64,000 nucleotides of DNA from Mobula hypostoma (Eukaryota): positions 17,236,001 through 17,300,000 of the forward strand of contig NC_086117.1 in NCBI RefSeq assembly GCF_963921235.1. Reading direction: 5' to 3'. The notes under the pieces are model-generated. The model was not told the origin of the DNA, did no database searches, and was given only the letters and a program-made list of their open reading frames with translations. This document shows, in pieces, positions 12,589 to 26,512 of this stretch (positions within the stretch are counted from its first letter, which is position 1; each line of letters begins with the position of its first letter). The position numbers were made by a program, and so were the translations under genes.

Positions 12589-14074
12589 TATGTACAATTA
12601 TAACTTACAGTATTTGCTTTTCTTTTGTTAAAGTCGTTTGATATTATTTATAGAATGAGACTCGAAGGTGTAATCCTGCCACTTCAACAGAAATAGACTT
12701 CATAAACAAACAGAATCAATCCAAGAATCAAATGCCTCCAACAGAGTTCTCTATATTGCTTTCTCAATCAACCGACCTGTAGCTTATTTCAATGTCAGGG
12801 CTGGTACAGAAGGCAAGCACTGCCCCAAGATACTGGAATTGAAGAATGGGCAGAAAACACTGAAAACATAATCAAGAGTTTCTCCTTGAGCTTGCATGCA
12901 GTTTTCTGTTCACACCACTGATGAGCCTTAGATGCAAGTTCAGGTCTGCAATGAACATAGTGTACGTTCTTTTGGTCTGGATCTGTCCAAAAACACACAA
13001 TCATCGTTCAGATCCAAACTCTGCCAACCAAGTAGCATTCTGGTCATTGCCTCTTTCAGAAATCCCTACTTGCTTCTGTCCAGTAGGTTCTGTGGGAAGT
13101 GCTTCACTCACTGTGTTACTTAACCTCAGGCCACTCAGCTTTATCCTTTGGTCAAGACTGATCAATTCCCAAAGCTAGGACAACATTGAGCCCATCTATG
13201 ATCACTATCACCCAGCCACTGTTTAGGACATAACTGAATCGAGGCCACTTGTGTTAAGCACTGGAGAGTCGGTGAGTCCTTTGGAGAAAATAAGTACAAC
13301 ATTTTAAACATTGGTAGTCTCAATTCATGACATTAATATCAACCATCAAAAGACTGCCACCTCCTGCCTAACTGTTCAAGCCTGTCATGGATCCAGTTGG
13401 ACTCTTACTTTCTCCTTTATGCCTGGATACCTCCCACTGTGGACCATTCACAGTTGTACAGTCTTCCAGCTGGCGCGATGGGTTGGCTGTGCCAGAATGA
13501 AAGTCTTTCCGAAATCAGTAGTACTGGAGAGAGCTGAAGGGAGGGTTTTCCTCCCAGTTTGCTGCTGTCTGTACTAGTGGTGGTGGGGATGTTAGAAAGT
13601 GCTCCCCTAATCCTGACTCCCCCAGTGGGGATAGACAGTGCAAAAGAGGCTGGGTGATAGCTGATAACGGCTCTACCTGCACATTCTGTCCAGAACTGCA
13701 CAGATTCAGACAGGACAAAGCTGTGAAAAGAGGTTTGCGGCAATCCCAGGCTGGTGGGTGAGGGAAAAAGGGAGGGGGAGGAAGGGGGCAATGAGTAATA
13801 AGAGTTGTGAAAGAGGCTGAGTGGTGTCTGATGCCACCTGGTGGATTTGGGGGGGGGGGGGTACCGGAATTTCACCTTCCTAGCAGCAGAGCAAATAGAT
13901 CGTAAGGTAGGTGTTCATTAACATGAAAAGAAATGGTGTGGGGCAAACAAAAAACCTATTTCAATCCTGTTCCAACAGAACCTCAAAATGGCAGATGGCA
14001 CTGAGGATCAGGTGAGGAGGCAGCTATACTCTCAGCCCAATATAGCCATTGATGCACATAAAGAGGTACCAAGT

Positions 14075-14340
14075 CATAGAGCACTACAGCACAGAAGCAG
14101 ACCCTTCTGCCCATCTAATCTGTGCCGAAACATTAATCTGCTTAGTCCCATGGACCTTCCCATCCATGCATTGTACCTATCCAAATTTCTCTTAAGTGTT
14201 GACATCAAACCCGCATCCACCGCTTCCACTGACAGTTCATTCCCCACTCTCAACACCCTCTGAGTGAAGAGATTCCCCTTAAACATTTCCCCTTTCGCCC
14301 TTAGCCCATGACATCTAGATCTAGTCTCACCCAACCTCAG
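14075..14340 (-). mobile_element. CR1 LINE 3' end
   Basis: LFTQRVLRVGNEL...LKRNLDRY. Confidence 0.75.
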
Positions 14341-14730
14341 GTGTACCAGGGAAAAGATTTATCACCACACCAAGGCGGACCACCCACTTTAACTCACAAA
14401 GAGGTGGATTTCCCGATTTAGTGAGCACGGAATCATGCTTTTCCTAACACAGGCTGCACTTTGCAGATAATGTCACAAATCCATGTACGAGCAAATGCTA
14501 ATTTAAAACAAAACCCTTACAGTGCAATAGTGTCACCATTTCCCAGGTCAGGTGGGTCGATAGTGAGAGATGGGTTAACACTGTGAACTAATTAGTATTA
14601 CAAACACAATCAGAAGGCGGCAAGGAAACAGATTGCCTCAGTAAATGAGCCTTGTAGAGCACAGATGTGCTGACTCCATCTCATCAGCTGTCCAAGTGGA
14701 AGTCCTTGTTGATGCAGTGGATTAGATAAA

Positions 14731-15236
14731 CACTCAGTGGCCACTGATAGTATGTTCATGGTCTAATGCTGCCGTAGCCCATCCACGTCAAGATTCGATG
14801 TGTTGTGCGTTCAGAGACGCTCTTCTGCACACCACTGTTGTAATGCATAGTCATCTGAGTTGCTGTTGCCTTCCTGTCAGCTTGAACCAGTCTGGCCATT
14901 CTTCTCTGGCCTCTCTCATTTACAAGGCATTTTTGCCCACAGAGCTGTTGCTCATTGGATGTTTTTTTTTTGTTTTTTGCACCATTCGCTGTAAACTCTA
15001 GCGACTGTTGTCCATCGAGATCGCAGGAGGTCAGCTGTTTCTGAGATACTCAAACCACCTCATCTGGCATTAACAATCATTCCACAGTCAAAATGACTTC
15101 AATCATATTTCTTCCACATTCTGATGTTTGGTCTGACCATGTCTGCATGCTTTTATGCATTGAGTTGCTGCCACATGATTGGCTGATTAGATATTATATC
15201 AACCTGCAGGTGTACCTAATAATGTGGCACTGAGAG
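14731..15236 (-). mobile_element. Same Tc1-like family, reverse orientation (partial copy also at ~11900-12078)
   Basis: Ends cactcagtggccact / tgtacctaataatgtggcactgagag-TA; internal sequence is the reverse complement of 25490-26001. Confidence 0.85.
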
Positions 15237-15363
15237 TAGGTCCATCAACTCCAGGACCTGCGTCTGAATCCAGGCCACTGGAAGGAATATCAATCCTGTA
15301 TGTCTGGTATACTGACCACAGGCTGATTCCAGCCCAGCCCATGTTGATAAGCACTAATGCAAC

Positions 15364-15830
15364 TTTAGATAGCTAGATAGATAGATAGATATACTTTATT
15401 GATCCCAAGGGAAATCAGGTTTTGTTACAGCCACACCAACCAAGAATAGAGCATAAATATAGCAATACAAAAGCCACAAACAATCAAACAACAATATGCA
15501 AATTATGCCAGACGGAAATAAGTCCAGGACCAGCCTGTTGGCTCAGGGTGTCTGACCCTCCACGGGAGGAGCTGCAAAGTTCGATGGCCACAGGCAGGAA
15601 TAACCTCCCGTGACGCCCAGTGTTGTATCTTGGTGGAATGTGGCTGGAGTCCAACAGCAAAAAGTTCAATATCCGGCCTACAAACACGTTCCTCGATCGT
15701 AATATGACCAGGATTGCACCATCCGTTGTTAACCAGAACAGCAAGCCCCCAACTCCTTTACACTTACCGCTCTCAGTGCACTTCCGGTCAGCCCGAACGG
15801 TCTGGAAGCCAACCATGGAAAAGTTTTGAT
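15364..15830 (-). mobile_element. Rex1/Babar-related fragment with (TATC)n tail
   Basis: Shares ccaggaccagcct-ttggctcagggtgtctgaccctcca...ggccacaggcaggaat with 4900-5010. GATA repeat tail at 15366-15392. Confidence 0.7.
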
Positions 15831-16376
15831 TGGGTATGTCCTCGTACTAACTAGCAGGATGACTCTGGGAACAGGGTGGCTGCCATGTGGAGTTAAATAT
15901 GTTTTTCTAATACCTTGTGAGGTGCGAGCTACACTGTGTTACACTGCGCTTCTCACAAGGTATTAGAAAAATATATATATAACTAGGGTGCCTAAGACTT
16001 TTGCACAGTACTGTATTTGTCAATGTTTCTAAATCTGGTGGAGCAAAGGATGTTGGGTATAGCAAGGGTGGAGCCCTGTGGGAGCGGTGTGGGATAGGTG
16101 GCAGAGAAGGAGTGCCAGGGGCAGGGGCCAGAGGGTGGCATGGGTGCAGATACGCCCAGCCCTGAGTCACTATGCAAGATCATTTGATTCCTAACTATTG
16201 GTTTATTGATCACTATAATAAACTGATGCTTCCATCTCCCTTCCCCTTTCCCAACCATGAAGCCCCTCTCCCTGTCCCCTTCCCACTCTCAGTCCACAAC
16301 AGAGACCCATATCAGAATCAAGTTTATCATCACTCACATATGGCTCCAGTGACATCCCTTCTCATTCTTTCATGAG

Positions 16377-18480
16377 GGGTACATGGATAATATGGAGTAG
16401 GTCAATACCAAGAAGGAGGAGGGGATAAGGGAACGTTTGCGACACATAAAGGTTAACAAATCACCAGAGTGGGATGAGATCTATCCCAGGTTGCTGTGAG
16501 AAACCAGGGAGGAGAAAGCTGGGGCCCTGATGTAGATCTTTACATCCTCATTAACCACGGGTGACGTGCCAGAAGACTGGAGGATAGCTAACATTGTTCA
16601 TTTTAGATGGGCAGCTGCAACAAGCCAGATGACAAGAGGTCAGTAAACATTACATTGGTACTAAGGGAATTATTAAATCTTTAACATTTTCGATCAAGAG
16701 TTGATCGAAAATAGTCAGCATATGGCCTTGTGCAAAGTAAATCCTGCCTCATTACCTGATTAGGGGTTGCAGCCCGAAACGTTGACTGTACTCTTTTCCA
16801 TTGATGCTGCCTGGCCTGTTGAGTTCCTCCAGCATTTTGTTGCTCGGATTTCCAGCATCTGCAGCTTTTCTTTTGCTTGTCATTACTTCCATTGAGTTTT
16901 TTTTGAGGAGGTAACTAAGAAAAATGATAAAGATAAGGTGATAGAGAAAGATCAGCTTTACTTAACATGTGCATTGAAACTACAGTGAAATGTGTCATTT
17001 ATGTCAATGGCCAACACAGTCCAAATATGTGCTGGGGGCAGCCCGCAAGTGTTGCCACGTTCCTGGCACTGACAGCATGCTCACAACTTGCTAACCCATG
17101 AGTCTCTGGGATTTTGGAGGAAACCCAAACACAGATCACTGGGAGAATGTACAAACTCCTTACAAACAGCAGCAGAATTGGACCTAGGTCACTAGCACGG
17201 TAATAGTTTAATGCTAATTGCAACTCTGCCGTGCTGCCCATCCTGAATGTTAGTATAGATATTGTCTACATCTGGGCAAGGCACTTAGAATCCAAGTTCA
17301 AGTTTAATTGACATTCAACCAACATGAATACCCTTGAACCCAAACAAAACAGCATTACTCCAGGGCCTGGGAACAAAACACAAGACCAGCAGTCATATAC
17401 AGCATGTAAGGCAGCACAGTGTCTTGCGATCAAGATGAACTGACAAAATCTGATCCAAAACTGGCTTAGCGAAAGGGGGCAGATGTTCGTGGTGGAAAGG
17501 TGATTTTCTGATTGGAAGTCTGTGAGCACCACAGGAATTCATGCTTAAACCTTTGTTATTTGTGATAACCCAGATGTGAATGTAGGAGGTATGATTAGAA
17601 GGCTTCTGAATGGCACGAAGTTGATGGTGTTGTGGATTGTGACAAAGTTTGTCTAAAGCCTAAACAGGTTGTTATAGATCTTATGGAAAGTTGGACACAG
17701 CCTTTCCTGACAAGTGCGAGGAGATGTACTTTGGGAAGACAGATAGGGGTAGGACGGATACAGTAAATGGCAGGGTGTTAAAGAATGTAGATGAATAGCA
17801 GGACATTGAGAATTTAGTCCATGGTTCTCTGAGGGTGACAGCACAGGTGGATCAGGTGGGTAAAGAAGCTGTACAGTACGCTTGTCTTCTTAGATTGGGG
17901 CATAGAATATAAATGTTGTCCCTGGTTAGACCACTCTTGAAGTACAGTGTGCAGATCTGATTGCTCCACTCCAGGAAGAATGTGGTTGCACTGGAGAGGG
18001 TGCAGAAGAGATGCACCAGGCTGTTTCCTGGATTGGAGAACTTTAATTATGGGGGGAAATTGGATAGGCTGGGTTTGTTTTCCTTGTACTTTAGGATGCC
18101 GAGAGGTGACCTGAGAGGCTTATTAAATTAAAAGCTCCATAACTAGGGTAGACAGTCAGAATCTTTCTTTCCCCATGTTGTTAGGAGTATCAAAAACAAG
18201 AGGCATGGGTTTGAAGTTGAGAGGAAGGAATTTTAAAGGGAATTTGAGGGATTTTTTTTAAACAGAGTAGCTGATATCTAGAACTCACTGCCAGAGAAGG
18301 TTGTGGAGTCTTATACAATTACAATGTTTAAGGAACATTTAGCCAGGCATTTAAATAGGTGCGGCATATAAGGCTATGGAGTTCATGCAGGTAACTGAGA
18401 TTGGGGTAGATGGGGAAAATGGTGAACATGGATGCGGTGAGCTGAAGGTATTCTTTCTAAGCTGTGCAGCTCCCTGACTC
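16377..18480 (+). mobile_element. Old fragmented CR1 LINE with nested PLE tail (~16765-16880) and V-SINE (~16950-17240)
   Basis: Decayed CR1 RT motifs (gtgccagaagactggaggatagctaac; tggttagaccactcttgaagtacagtgtgcag; ggagagggtgcagaagag). Confidence 0.7.
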
Positions 18481-20180
18481 ATCTCTTTCACACAACATCT
18501 GCTGTAAGCGAACTTGCTGAAGGGAAAGAAATCCTTTCCTATGAAAACAATTCTCTGGTACAGTGTGTGTAATCATTATACCAAAAAAATAGCAAAAGGA
18601 AGCATCTTCCTTCTGTGGTGTGACATCTCCATGAGTTCATCTGGCTAATTGTAATCCTACTTTTTTTATTGTACTGGAAACCTGGACAGCACTTCTTGTT
18701 GGTTTACTGCTCTTAGATTGAACATGGCATCTTGAATAGGACTGTAAATGAAGCTCAGAATGGTTTTAGTTTAAGAGCCAGCCCGACAGTGAGTCAGGAT
18801 TGCAGGGAGAGTGATTACATAGGGAAATTGGCCTCATGACATGGTCCTATCTCCTAGTCTGCACATACCTAGTGTTTAAATTCAATTATTTAAATCCTTT
18901 TCAACACAGAACAGTCAGCTCATCTATTTTGTAATGCACTACTGTCAAAGGAGGACCTCAGCCATTGAATTGAATAGAGGGAATTTATTTTCTGGCCGTG
19001 GCAACATCAGGCTTTTTGGTTCTGTGGAGAGAGAATTTGCTGAACAAACTGAACAGAAAAACTGAATTTTATTTCGCTAACCTTGACACATTTTGCCGGT
19101 GCATAGTTTTCGCATTAGTGGTTCTGGGAACCGTTAACCCCTTTCTCAACCTGAGCATGCCCCTGTATCTGCCTTGTTTGTGCTAGTCGTGCAGTGGCAT
19201 CTGCACTGGACTTCAGGGCGAGAGGTCCCAGGTTCAAGTCCAGCTGGCTCCTTACATGAGTTCCACCCCTGCTGGGTGGTGTCGAGCTAGCAACTTGGCC
19301 TCGTAAAACAGACAAATGCTAAAGAAACAGAAAAGTTGCCACCCAATGTGCCAAATGAGATGTGGGGGGAGTTTTACCTTTTGTTTAAATATCTGCCTTG
19401 TGACCACTTCATCTCAGTAGGGACCAGGGTCATCCCTGATATTTGTGAAGTTACCTCTTGAGCAGGTGCATTGTGTGCATAGGTGAAGGAACACTACCTC
19501 AGTATTTTGTTCTCTTTTTGCACTATTTATTTTTAAATATACAGTATTCTTGTAGTAACTTATAGTAATTTCTATGTATTACACTGTACTGCTGCTGTGT
19601 AACAACAAATTTCACAACACACTGCATATCAGTGAAAATAATTCTGAAGAAGTAGTGCACTGTTGGTGAAGCAGAGGGTGCAAGTAAATTAAAAACCTGA
19701 CTACTTTTACAGCGATGTGTTAAACACAGGCACATTATACTCCATGGCACCTCCCCAATGCCACTCTCTTGTTGGATGAAACAGATACCATAATAAGAAG
19801 GAGTTATTCCTGTGTCCTGGCCAAGATCCTTTCACCATAACTATCATGAAAATGTGGTAACTAGTCAGTATGATATTGTTGATACAAGATTGCGAGACGC
19901 TGGAATTTAGCACAACAAGCAAAATGCTGGAGGAACACAGGGGATAAGGCGGCATCTGTGGAGGAAAATGGACAGTGGATATTTTGGGCCAAGACCTTCT
20001 CCGGGACTGTTGAGTGTCCATTTCCCTCCACTGACACTGCCTGACTTGGGGCTTAGTTGTTATTAAATTGCTGACTCTGAGAAGTAGCAGCGCGCATATC
20101 AGCCGCTCTGTTACAACAGTGACCATCTGCTTCTGAAGATGAAAGTTCAAAGTAAATTTTTCATCATAATGCATATATGT

Positions 20181-20376
20181 TGGCAGCCAGTGGTGTAGAG
20201 GTGATACTGGACTTCGAGGTGAGTGGTCCCGGGTTCGAATCCGGCCGGCTCCTTGCCCACTTTCCATCCATACTGCGTTGAGTGTCGAGCTAGCAACTCT
20301 GCCTGGTAAAACAGACAAATGCTAAAGAAATGGTAAGGTTGCTGCCCGATGCGCCACAAAGCGAGGAAAGAAACAA
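20181..20376 (+). mobile_element. tRNA-derived SINE with 9-bp TSD (second copy ~19185-19355)
   Basis: A-box-like TGGTGTAGAGG and B box GGTTCGAATCC. Flanked by catatatgt at 20172-20180 and 20377-20385. Confidence 0.8.
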
Positions 20377-20932
20377 CATATATGTCACCATTTACCACCC
20401 TGAGATTCATTTTCTTGCAGGTGTACTCAATAAATTCTTAATAGAATAATAACCATTATAGAATCAATGAAAGATTGCGCCAACTTGGGCATTCAACCAT
20501 TGTGCAAAAGACAACCAACTGTGCAAGTACAAGAAGAAGGAATTAATGACAATAAATAAATGGCAATAAATATCAAGAACATGGGATAAAGAGTCCTTGA
20601 AAGTGAGTCCATAGATTGTGGCTGTAGAGATCTTGCCTTGCAGCCATAATGCTGTTTGTAGAATATATAGGCCATAAACCGGAACTAACCAAACCTTAAC
20701 CAGCAACAGTTAAAAAAGAAGTAATCTCACCAATTCCATTATTCTCTTTATCTTTCAGATTTTCAGCGTTGCCATACTTTGCTTTCTGGTCCTCTACAAA
20801 CAAGTGACTACTTGTTGATTAAACTTGTTCTCACTTAGTAAAAAGAAAACTGAATGATGGCCAATTAAGAAAAAGGGGAAATTTTAAGAAACTGAAAATG
20901 CTGGAAATTATCGGCAAATCGGCCAGCATCTG

Positions 20933-20939
20933 GTGTGTA

Positions 20940-20973
<34 letters not shown>
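20933..20973. repeat. (GT)n(GA)n microsatellite (others at 34907-34940, 35695-35734, 41094-41120, 57103-57120)
   Basis: Direct reading of the sequence. Confidence 0.9.
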
Positions 20974-20985
20974 TGTTAACCCTTT

Positions 20986-21021
20986 AGTCCTGACGAAGGG
21001 TCTCGGCCCGAAACATCGACT
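20986..21021 (+). ncRNA. Hammerhead ribozyme motif, AUC-triplet variant
   Basis: AGTC CTGACGA A GGGTCTCGGCCC GAAAC ATC GACT. The stem III palindrome is broken by G>A. Confidence 0.65.
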
Positions 21022-21559
21022 GTACCTCTTCCTAGACATGCTGCCTGGCCTGCTGCGTTCACCAGCAACTTTTATGTGTGTTAACCCTTTAGCTTTGGTT
21101 AATAATTTAGGCTACAAGGTAACTGTGTCAGTGTAGGAAACTCAGCACTCATTTGATATACAGCAGGCATGTACAATGGTTAACCAAATAACTTGCATTA
21201 GTACATGTTTTGTATTGAGAGGACACATCATGTACCTCCATCTGAGAAGGTAGCATAATGCTTTCGAATACCCATGACATAGGTTCAATTCCTGCCACTA
21301 TCTGTAAGGAGTTTCCCCATGACCTCCTGCATTCCTAAAACACATGGGGCCGGATCAGTAAATTATGGGCATGCTATATTAGGGAGTTCCTGTACTAATC
21401 AACTTGTATACCAAATGCTGTTGTGCATGGAGGCAAAAACAGGCAATAATTAGTTTCATCTTTTAACTGTGTATTTAGATAGTACATTGTAGATTTAGGG
21501 TATCTCCTAACGGAGGCACTGAGCAAAGTTGAATTGGTCCTACACAGAGAATGGGTGGA

Positions 21560-21930
21560 ATGAACATTTTTTCTGCCGTACTCATGATCAGTGGGACTGT
21601 AGCATCGGCCACATCTTATCCCCAAAACAGATAACTTCACTCAACTTCACTTGCTCCATCATTGAAATGTTCCCACAATCAACGGACTCACTTTCAAGGA
21701 CTCTTCATCTCATGTTCTTGATATTTATTATTATTTCTTTTTTTTTGTATTTGCACAGTTCATTGTCTTTTGCACACTGGTTAAATGTCCAAGTTGGTGC
21801 AATCTTTCATTGATTCTATTATGGTTATTATTCTATTATGGATTTATTGAGTATGCCTGCAAGAAAATGAATCTCAGGTTGTATACGGTGACATATATGT
21901 ACTTTGATAATAAATTTACTTTTTTGAACT
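21560..21930 (+). mobile_element. Non-LTR 3'-UTR family ending in aataaatttactttgaac (copies ~6095-6336, 6795-6895, 20143-20640, 61995-62210)
   Basis: Shared gcctgcaagaaaatgaatctcagg-ttgtatatggtgacatatatgtactttgataataaa terminus. Confidence 0.65.
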
Positions 21931-22879
21931 GTCTGTTCTCAGTTGGCACAAAAAATAGAGGGTAGGAAATAAATTTTATTTGGGACAATTGAACGGATCT
22001 GCATCAACAACACTAGCTGACACTCACCAGTCATCCATCAATCTCCCCGCACGCAATACCAATTACTGCTTGAGGGGACAAAAGGTCTTTTCCAACCACT
22101 TCAGTTCACTATAAAATTTGGTGATGTTTTTTGCTGGAAAATTTATTTTCACTTTGTTTGTTGGAAAAAATAGATTTATTGACTTAGAACAATAAACTAA
22201 TCACTAAACTGCAATTCACAATACAATTGTGCAACAGGCTATCGATTACTGGACAATGATGAATGGATTTATCCACTGAGGAGCCGTTCAGTTTCAAACC
22301 ATGAAAGAGTTAATGTCCTTCCAATCAATTTGACATGTTGAACAACTAACACTGACCTCTAGTCTGCTGAGTGATAGATCACTTTGCATTCCAAAACTAC
22401 GCAATCCACTACCTCCTCAAAAGCTTAGCTGGTTAACAAATGACTATTGCATCCACACAGACCAGAGCAGAGGTGGTGCATGCCTTAATTCTGTTCAGAG
22501 GAAGTTGGAATCACAGAGAGATACAGGACAGAAACGAATCTGTTTGCTTACTCCAGGCCACAGACAATGGCTAATTTACATTAATCCCATTGGACTATCC
22601 CTACATTTTAAACAACTCCAAATTCCATCATTCCCCTACACATTAGAGGCAATTAACAGAGACTAATTAACCTACCAATGTGCACATTTTTGGTATGTGT
22701 GAGGTAACTGGTGTATCCGGAGTAAACCCACACTGTCACAGGAAGAAATTGCAAACTCCACCGGACAGAAGTTGGGATTGACCCCAACTTGAAATGTCTT
22801 GACCCTGGGTCTTTGGCACTGCAAGCCAGCATCACTATTAGCTGCACCATGTGCTGCCCTATATTAAATAGATCATCTC

Positions 22880-23301
22880 CAGGAGGACCACAACCTTGTC
22901 ATTGGGTTTGGAGGCTGCCTGCCTCAATGACCCACAGAGCTATGTTGGTTTGAGTCATGGCTTTATGCTTTGGCTCTTGGTAGGATCATCCATGCTAAAC
23001 AGGTCAAAGGATAGAGGCCAGACTAAGAGTTGCCCACCTGTCCTCCAGGTTCAGGGGGTTCAGGTCAGGGGCTAACAACCCTGACTGGTAAACAAAATTG
23101 TTACAGAAACAGCAATGAAGAATCCTTCTGCATCTGAGTGTGATGGTATTCCCCAGCCTCCACCTGGGACTTGCTTGACTGACAGTAATGAAAACCAAAA
23201 GGAAACTACTGACGTGATGAAGGAAGCGATGAACACTGCCCGTGATGGAGGACCTTCATTGCTGCCCTAAACACCTGTGATGTAATGGCCAGTAAGTAAG
23301 T
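22880..23301 (+). mobile_element. RTE (Expander/Rex3-like) derived short element; older relative at ~31250-31750 (minus)
   Basis: accacaaccttgtcattgggtttggagg...gagctatgttgg...ggtaggatcatccatgctaaacaggtc resembles the RTE/Expander 5' UTR; agtaagtaagt tail. Confidence 0.65.
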
Positions 23302-25489
23302 ATCTCCAGGAATGAAGATTTAATCTCCAGATTTTTGCTGCCAGTGTCCAAGAGAATCCAGAAAAAAATTAGAATGGCATTTTATTATGTGTTTTTGTTC
23401 ACTTTCTTTGAAGACTTCTTTTGTAAACCATTACAATATTGCAGATAGTAAATGATCATTAAAAATGAATTGGACTTGGAAGTTCTCATGTTGAGCAAAT
23501 GGAAATGCCAAGGTTCCCTTTCCCATGATACTCAGAGTAGTAGGGAAACATCTGAGTAAAATCTAGCCTTGATCCTCAAAAAAAGGGTGAGACTTGCAAG
23601 TACAGATTAATCCAAGCCTTCTTCCAAGTGTCTGAAACCCCAGTTGACAGCCAGCTGAAGAAATCTTACAGAACTGTTAACCTGTTCATGAACTCTTATT
23701 GTAGAATTCCATTTGTTTGGAAAAGAAGACTTGTTTTTATTCAGTCTGGTCTGTGACTCCATAGGACAAATGTTGTTTAGTAATCTGTCTGTGAAATGTC
23801 TTGAACCATGTTGCATTGAAGGAGCTATATATCTTCAAGATATAATTTAGAAAGGTTAAAATGTGATCAAGGGGTTTGTAAAATGGATAAAATGTTCTTC
23901 TAGTCCAGTCAGTGGTCTGGAATTGGGTCCAAATGCCTGGCTTACACTTTGTCTGATTTTATGATCTAATTTCAGGAGAAAAATGGTGGGGACAGGACCA
24001 AAAATGTAGAACAGGGCCACAGGTTGGCATGGACCAGATGGGCTGAAGGGCCTGTTTCCCAGCTGCATGACTCAATGACAATTGAGGACTATGGAAAACT
24101 GGCACAGAAAAGGAGATGAGGTCTAGGGAAGAGCAGGCTTCTGTAATATGCTCCTGCTTCTGTGTTATGTTCTTCTTTTCTCTGTGTTTTGTGTTAGTCA
24201 TCGCTCATTTCCTACATTATACATTGTACCATTTTGAAAAATAAAGACCATTTGTACTTACTCCTAGTTGTCCTAGAATAGATCTTAGTCATGTTCAATG
24301 AATCTTGGAGTCATGTGAACCCGGCCAGGTTAAGTTTCTCTGAAGGAATCACTTTTATTTTACAGCAAATCCTTATTATTTTCTGGATCCAGCTCTCAAC
24401 AGGCAAGGGTAGGATTTGAATGATGAACTCCTGGCTGTAATTACTGTTGAGCTACGAAGACTGTCTACCAATGCCTGTATTGCTTCCAACAGCAAACTGA
24501 TTCTCAAAGCAAAAAGTTGACATTTTAAGAAGGTCAACACAAGAAACGGTTGAAAGTTGGCGAAGAAAGTTCAGTTGAAAATACTTACTTTAATTTTAGG
24601 ATGAGGTAACTGCCCCTTGAGAATAGATTGAGCAGAGTGGCACAAACTCTGTGGTTTGGAAAACTAGGAGGTGATTTCAATTAAGTAACTTTTTTGAGGA
24701 GGCTGGATAGGGCAGATGCTACAAGGAAGTTTCCTTTACTGAATGGCACCAGAATTGGTGGAGTATAGTTTCAGGATAACTGATTGACCATTTAAAACTG
24801 AGATGAGGTGGAATTTCTCCTCTTAGAGTATTGTGAATCTTCAAAAGTTTCTCCCCAGAGAGCAATGGATGAGTCTGAGGATGGTGCAGGAAAGTGGAAC
24901 GAAGGCCAAAGAACAGATCAGCCATGGTTTTGTTGAAGAGGCTTGCAGATCTAACAGGCTCCAAAGACTATCCAGCAGCTAGTATTTTTATGAGGAATGA
25001 CAAAATGCAGGATTATGTTCCTTGGAACTGATGTAATTATAAAGGAATACAATAATTATGTAGAAGAATTTCAGTGTATAATTATAGAATAAAATTCTAT
25101 AATTTTATAATGAAATTCTAATATAATTATGGTTGGCATGGTAACATAGTCGTTAACATAACATTTTACAGCATCGCTATAGGATCAGGGTTCGGTTCCC
25201 GCCACTGTATGTAAAGGCCTTGTATGTTCTCCCCACGACTGTGTGGGTTTCCTCCAAGTACTCCAGTTTCCTCCCACAATCCAAAGATGGGTTAGTGAGT
25301 TATGAGCATGCTGTGTTAGTGCCGGACTTGTTACAACAATTGCTGGTTACCCAGCACAATCCTCGCTGATTTGATTTGAAGCGTCTCACTCTATGTTTCA
25401 ATGCACGTGACAAATAAAGCTGATCTTCAATCTTTATATATGTATCTACAGTTACATGTCTCTTAAAGATTATTTTGAGTTCCTAAATA

Positions 25490-26001
25490 CACTCAGTGGC
25501 CACTTTATTAGGTACACCTGTACAGCTGTGTGTTAATGCAAGTATCTAGTCAGGCAATCATGTGGCAGCAACTCAATGCATAAAAGCATGCAGACACGGT
25601 CAGGAGGTTCAGTTGTTGTTCAGACCAAACATCAGAATGGGGAAGAAATGTGATCTAAGTGACTTTGACCATGAAATGAATGTTGGTGCCAAAAGGGATG
25701 GTTTGAGTATCTCAGAGACTGCTGATCTCCTGGGATCTTCACACACAACAGTCTCTAGAGTTTACAGAGAATGGTGTGAAAAACAAAAAAAAACATCTAG
25801 TGAGCAGCAGTTCTGTGGGCAAAAATGCCTTGTTAATGAGAGAGGCAGCAGTAACTGAAATAACCACACATTACAACAGTGGTGAGCCAAAGAGCATCTT
25901 TGAATACACAACACATCGAAGTCCCTTGAAGTGGATGGGCTACAGCAGCAGAAGATCACACAGGGCTCTACTCCTGTACCTAATAAAGTGGCCACTGAGT
26001 G
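25490..26001 (+). mobile_element. Tc1-like non-autonomous deletion derivative with perfect 27-bp TIRs
   Basis: CACTCAGTGGCCACTTTATTAGGTACA (25490-25516) and its exact reverse complement (25975-26001); TA on the left. Internal MGKKCDLSDFD...GLSISETADLLGSSHTTVSRVYREW matches a Tc1 transposase N-terminal HTH. Confidence 0.9.
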
Positions 26002-26276
26002 GATATATTGCCGAATTCTCGATGGCTTTTCCAGTGATGATGTAATTGTTTGAGGCAGTCTCACTGCATCAACTTCATTTAGGCATCATCCAGCAGAATA
26101 ATTAACTTGAAATAACTTATTGGAGCAATAAGGATTATGGGACAGCATCACCATAGCAGGTTTTCTAGTTCATGTTCAAAGAACCTATTAGATTTCAAGA
26201 CTTCAAAAGTGAGCTGTTGATTGGTTGCTTTTAACACTAGCTACATGGAATAGGGTGTAACTTGTGGTTACAATGT

Positions 26277-26512
26277 CTAGGTACCATATCCGATGCAGAC
26301 TTTGGTGACCATGGTTTTCCATATAGATCTATCCTTCATTTTTTGGATGACTTCCATTTCCTCGATATGCAGCCACCTGGCTATGCTTTTGATGTACATA
26401 AGCCAAGGTCTTCCTCTAGGTTTGCTCCCCTCAATCTTTCCAGAGAGTGTGAGTTTTTCTAGTTCATCTTTCCGCATGATGTGTCCTAGGAATCTGAGTT
26501 GTCTTTCTCTTA
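26277..26512 (-). mobile_element. RTE-clade LINE 3' end
   Basis: KFLGHIMRKDELEKLTLSGKIEGSKPRGRP...DRSIWKTMV, a typical RTE C-terminal motif. Confidence 0.75.

Noticed and set aside
13831-13906. Alternative first exon ending at aag|gtaggt
   Set aside because: The ATG frame stops before the donor, and the phase-0 frame has an upstream stop and no ATG. It would need an indel in the G13 run.
20181-20260. tRNA gene
   Set aside because: It has A and B boxes but continues into a SINE body with a TSD and a second diverged copy; no convincing cloverleaf.
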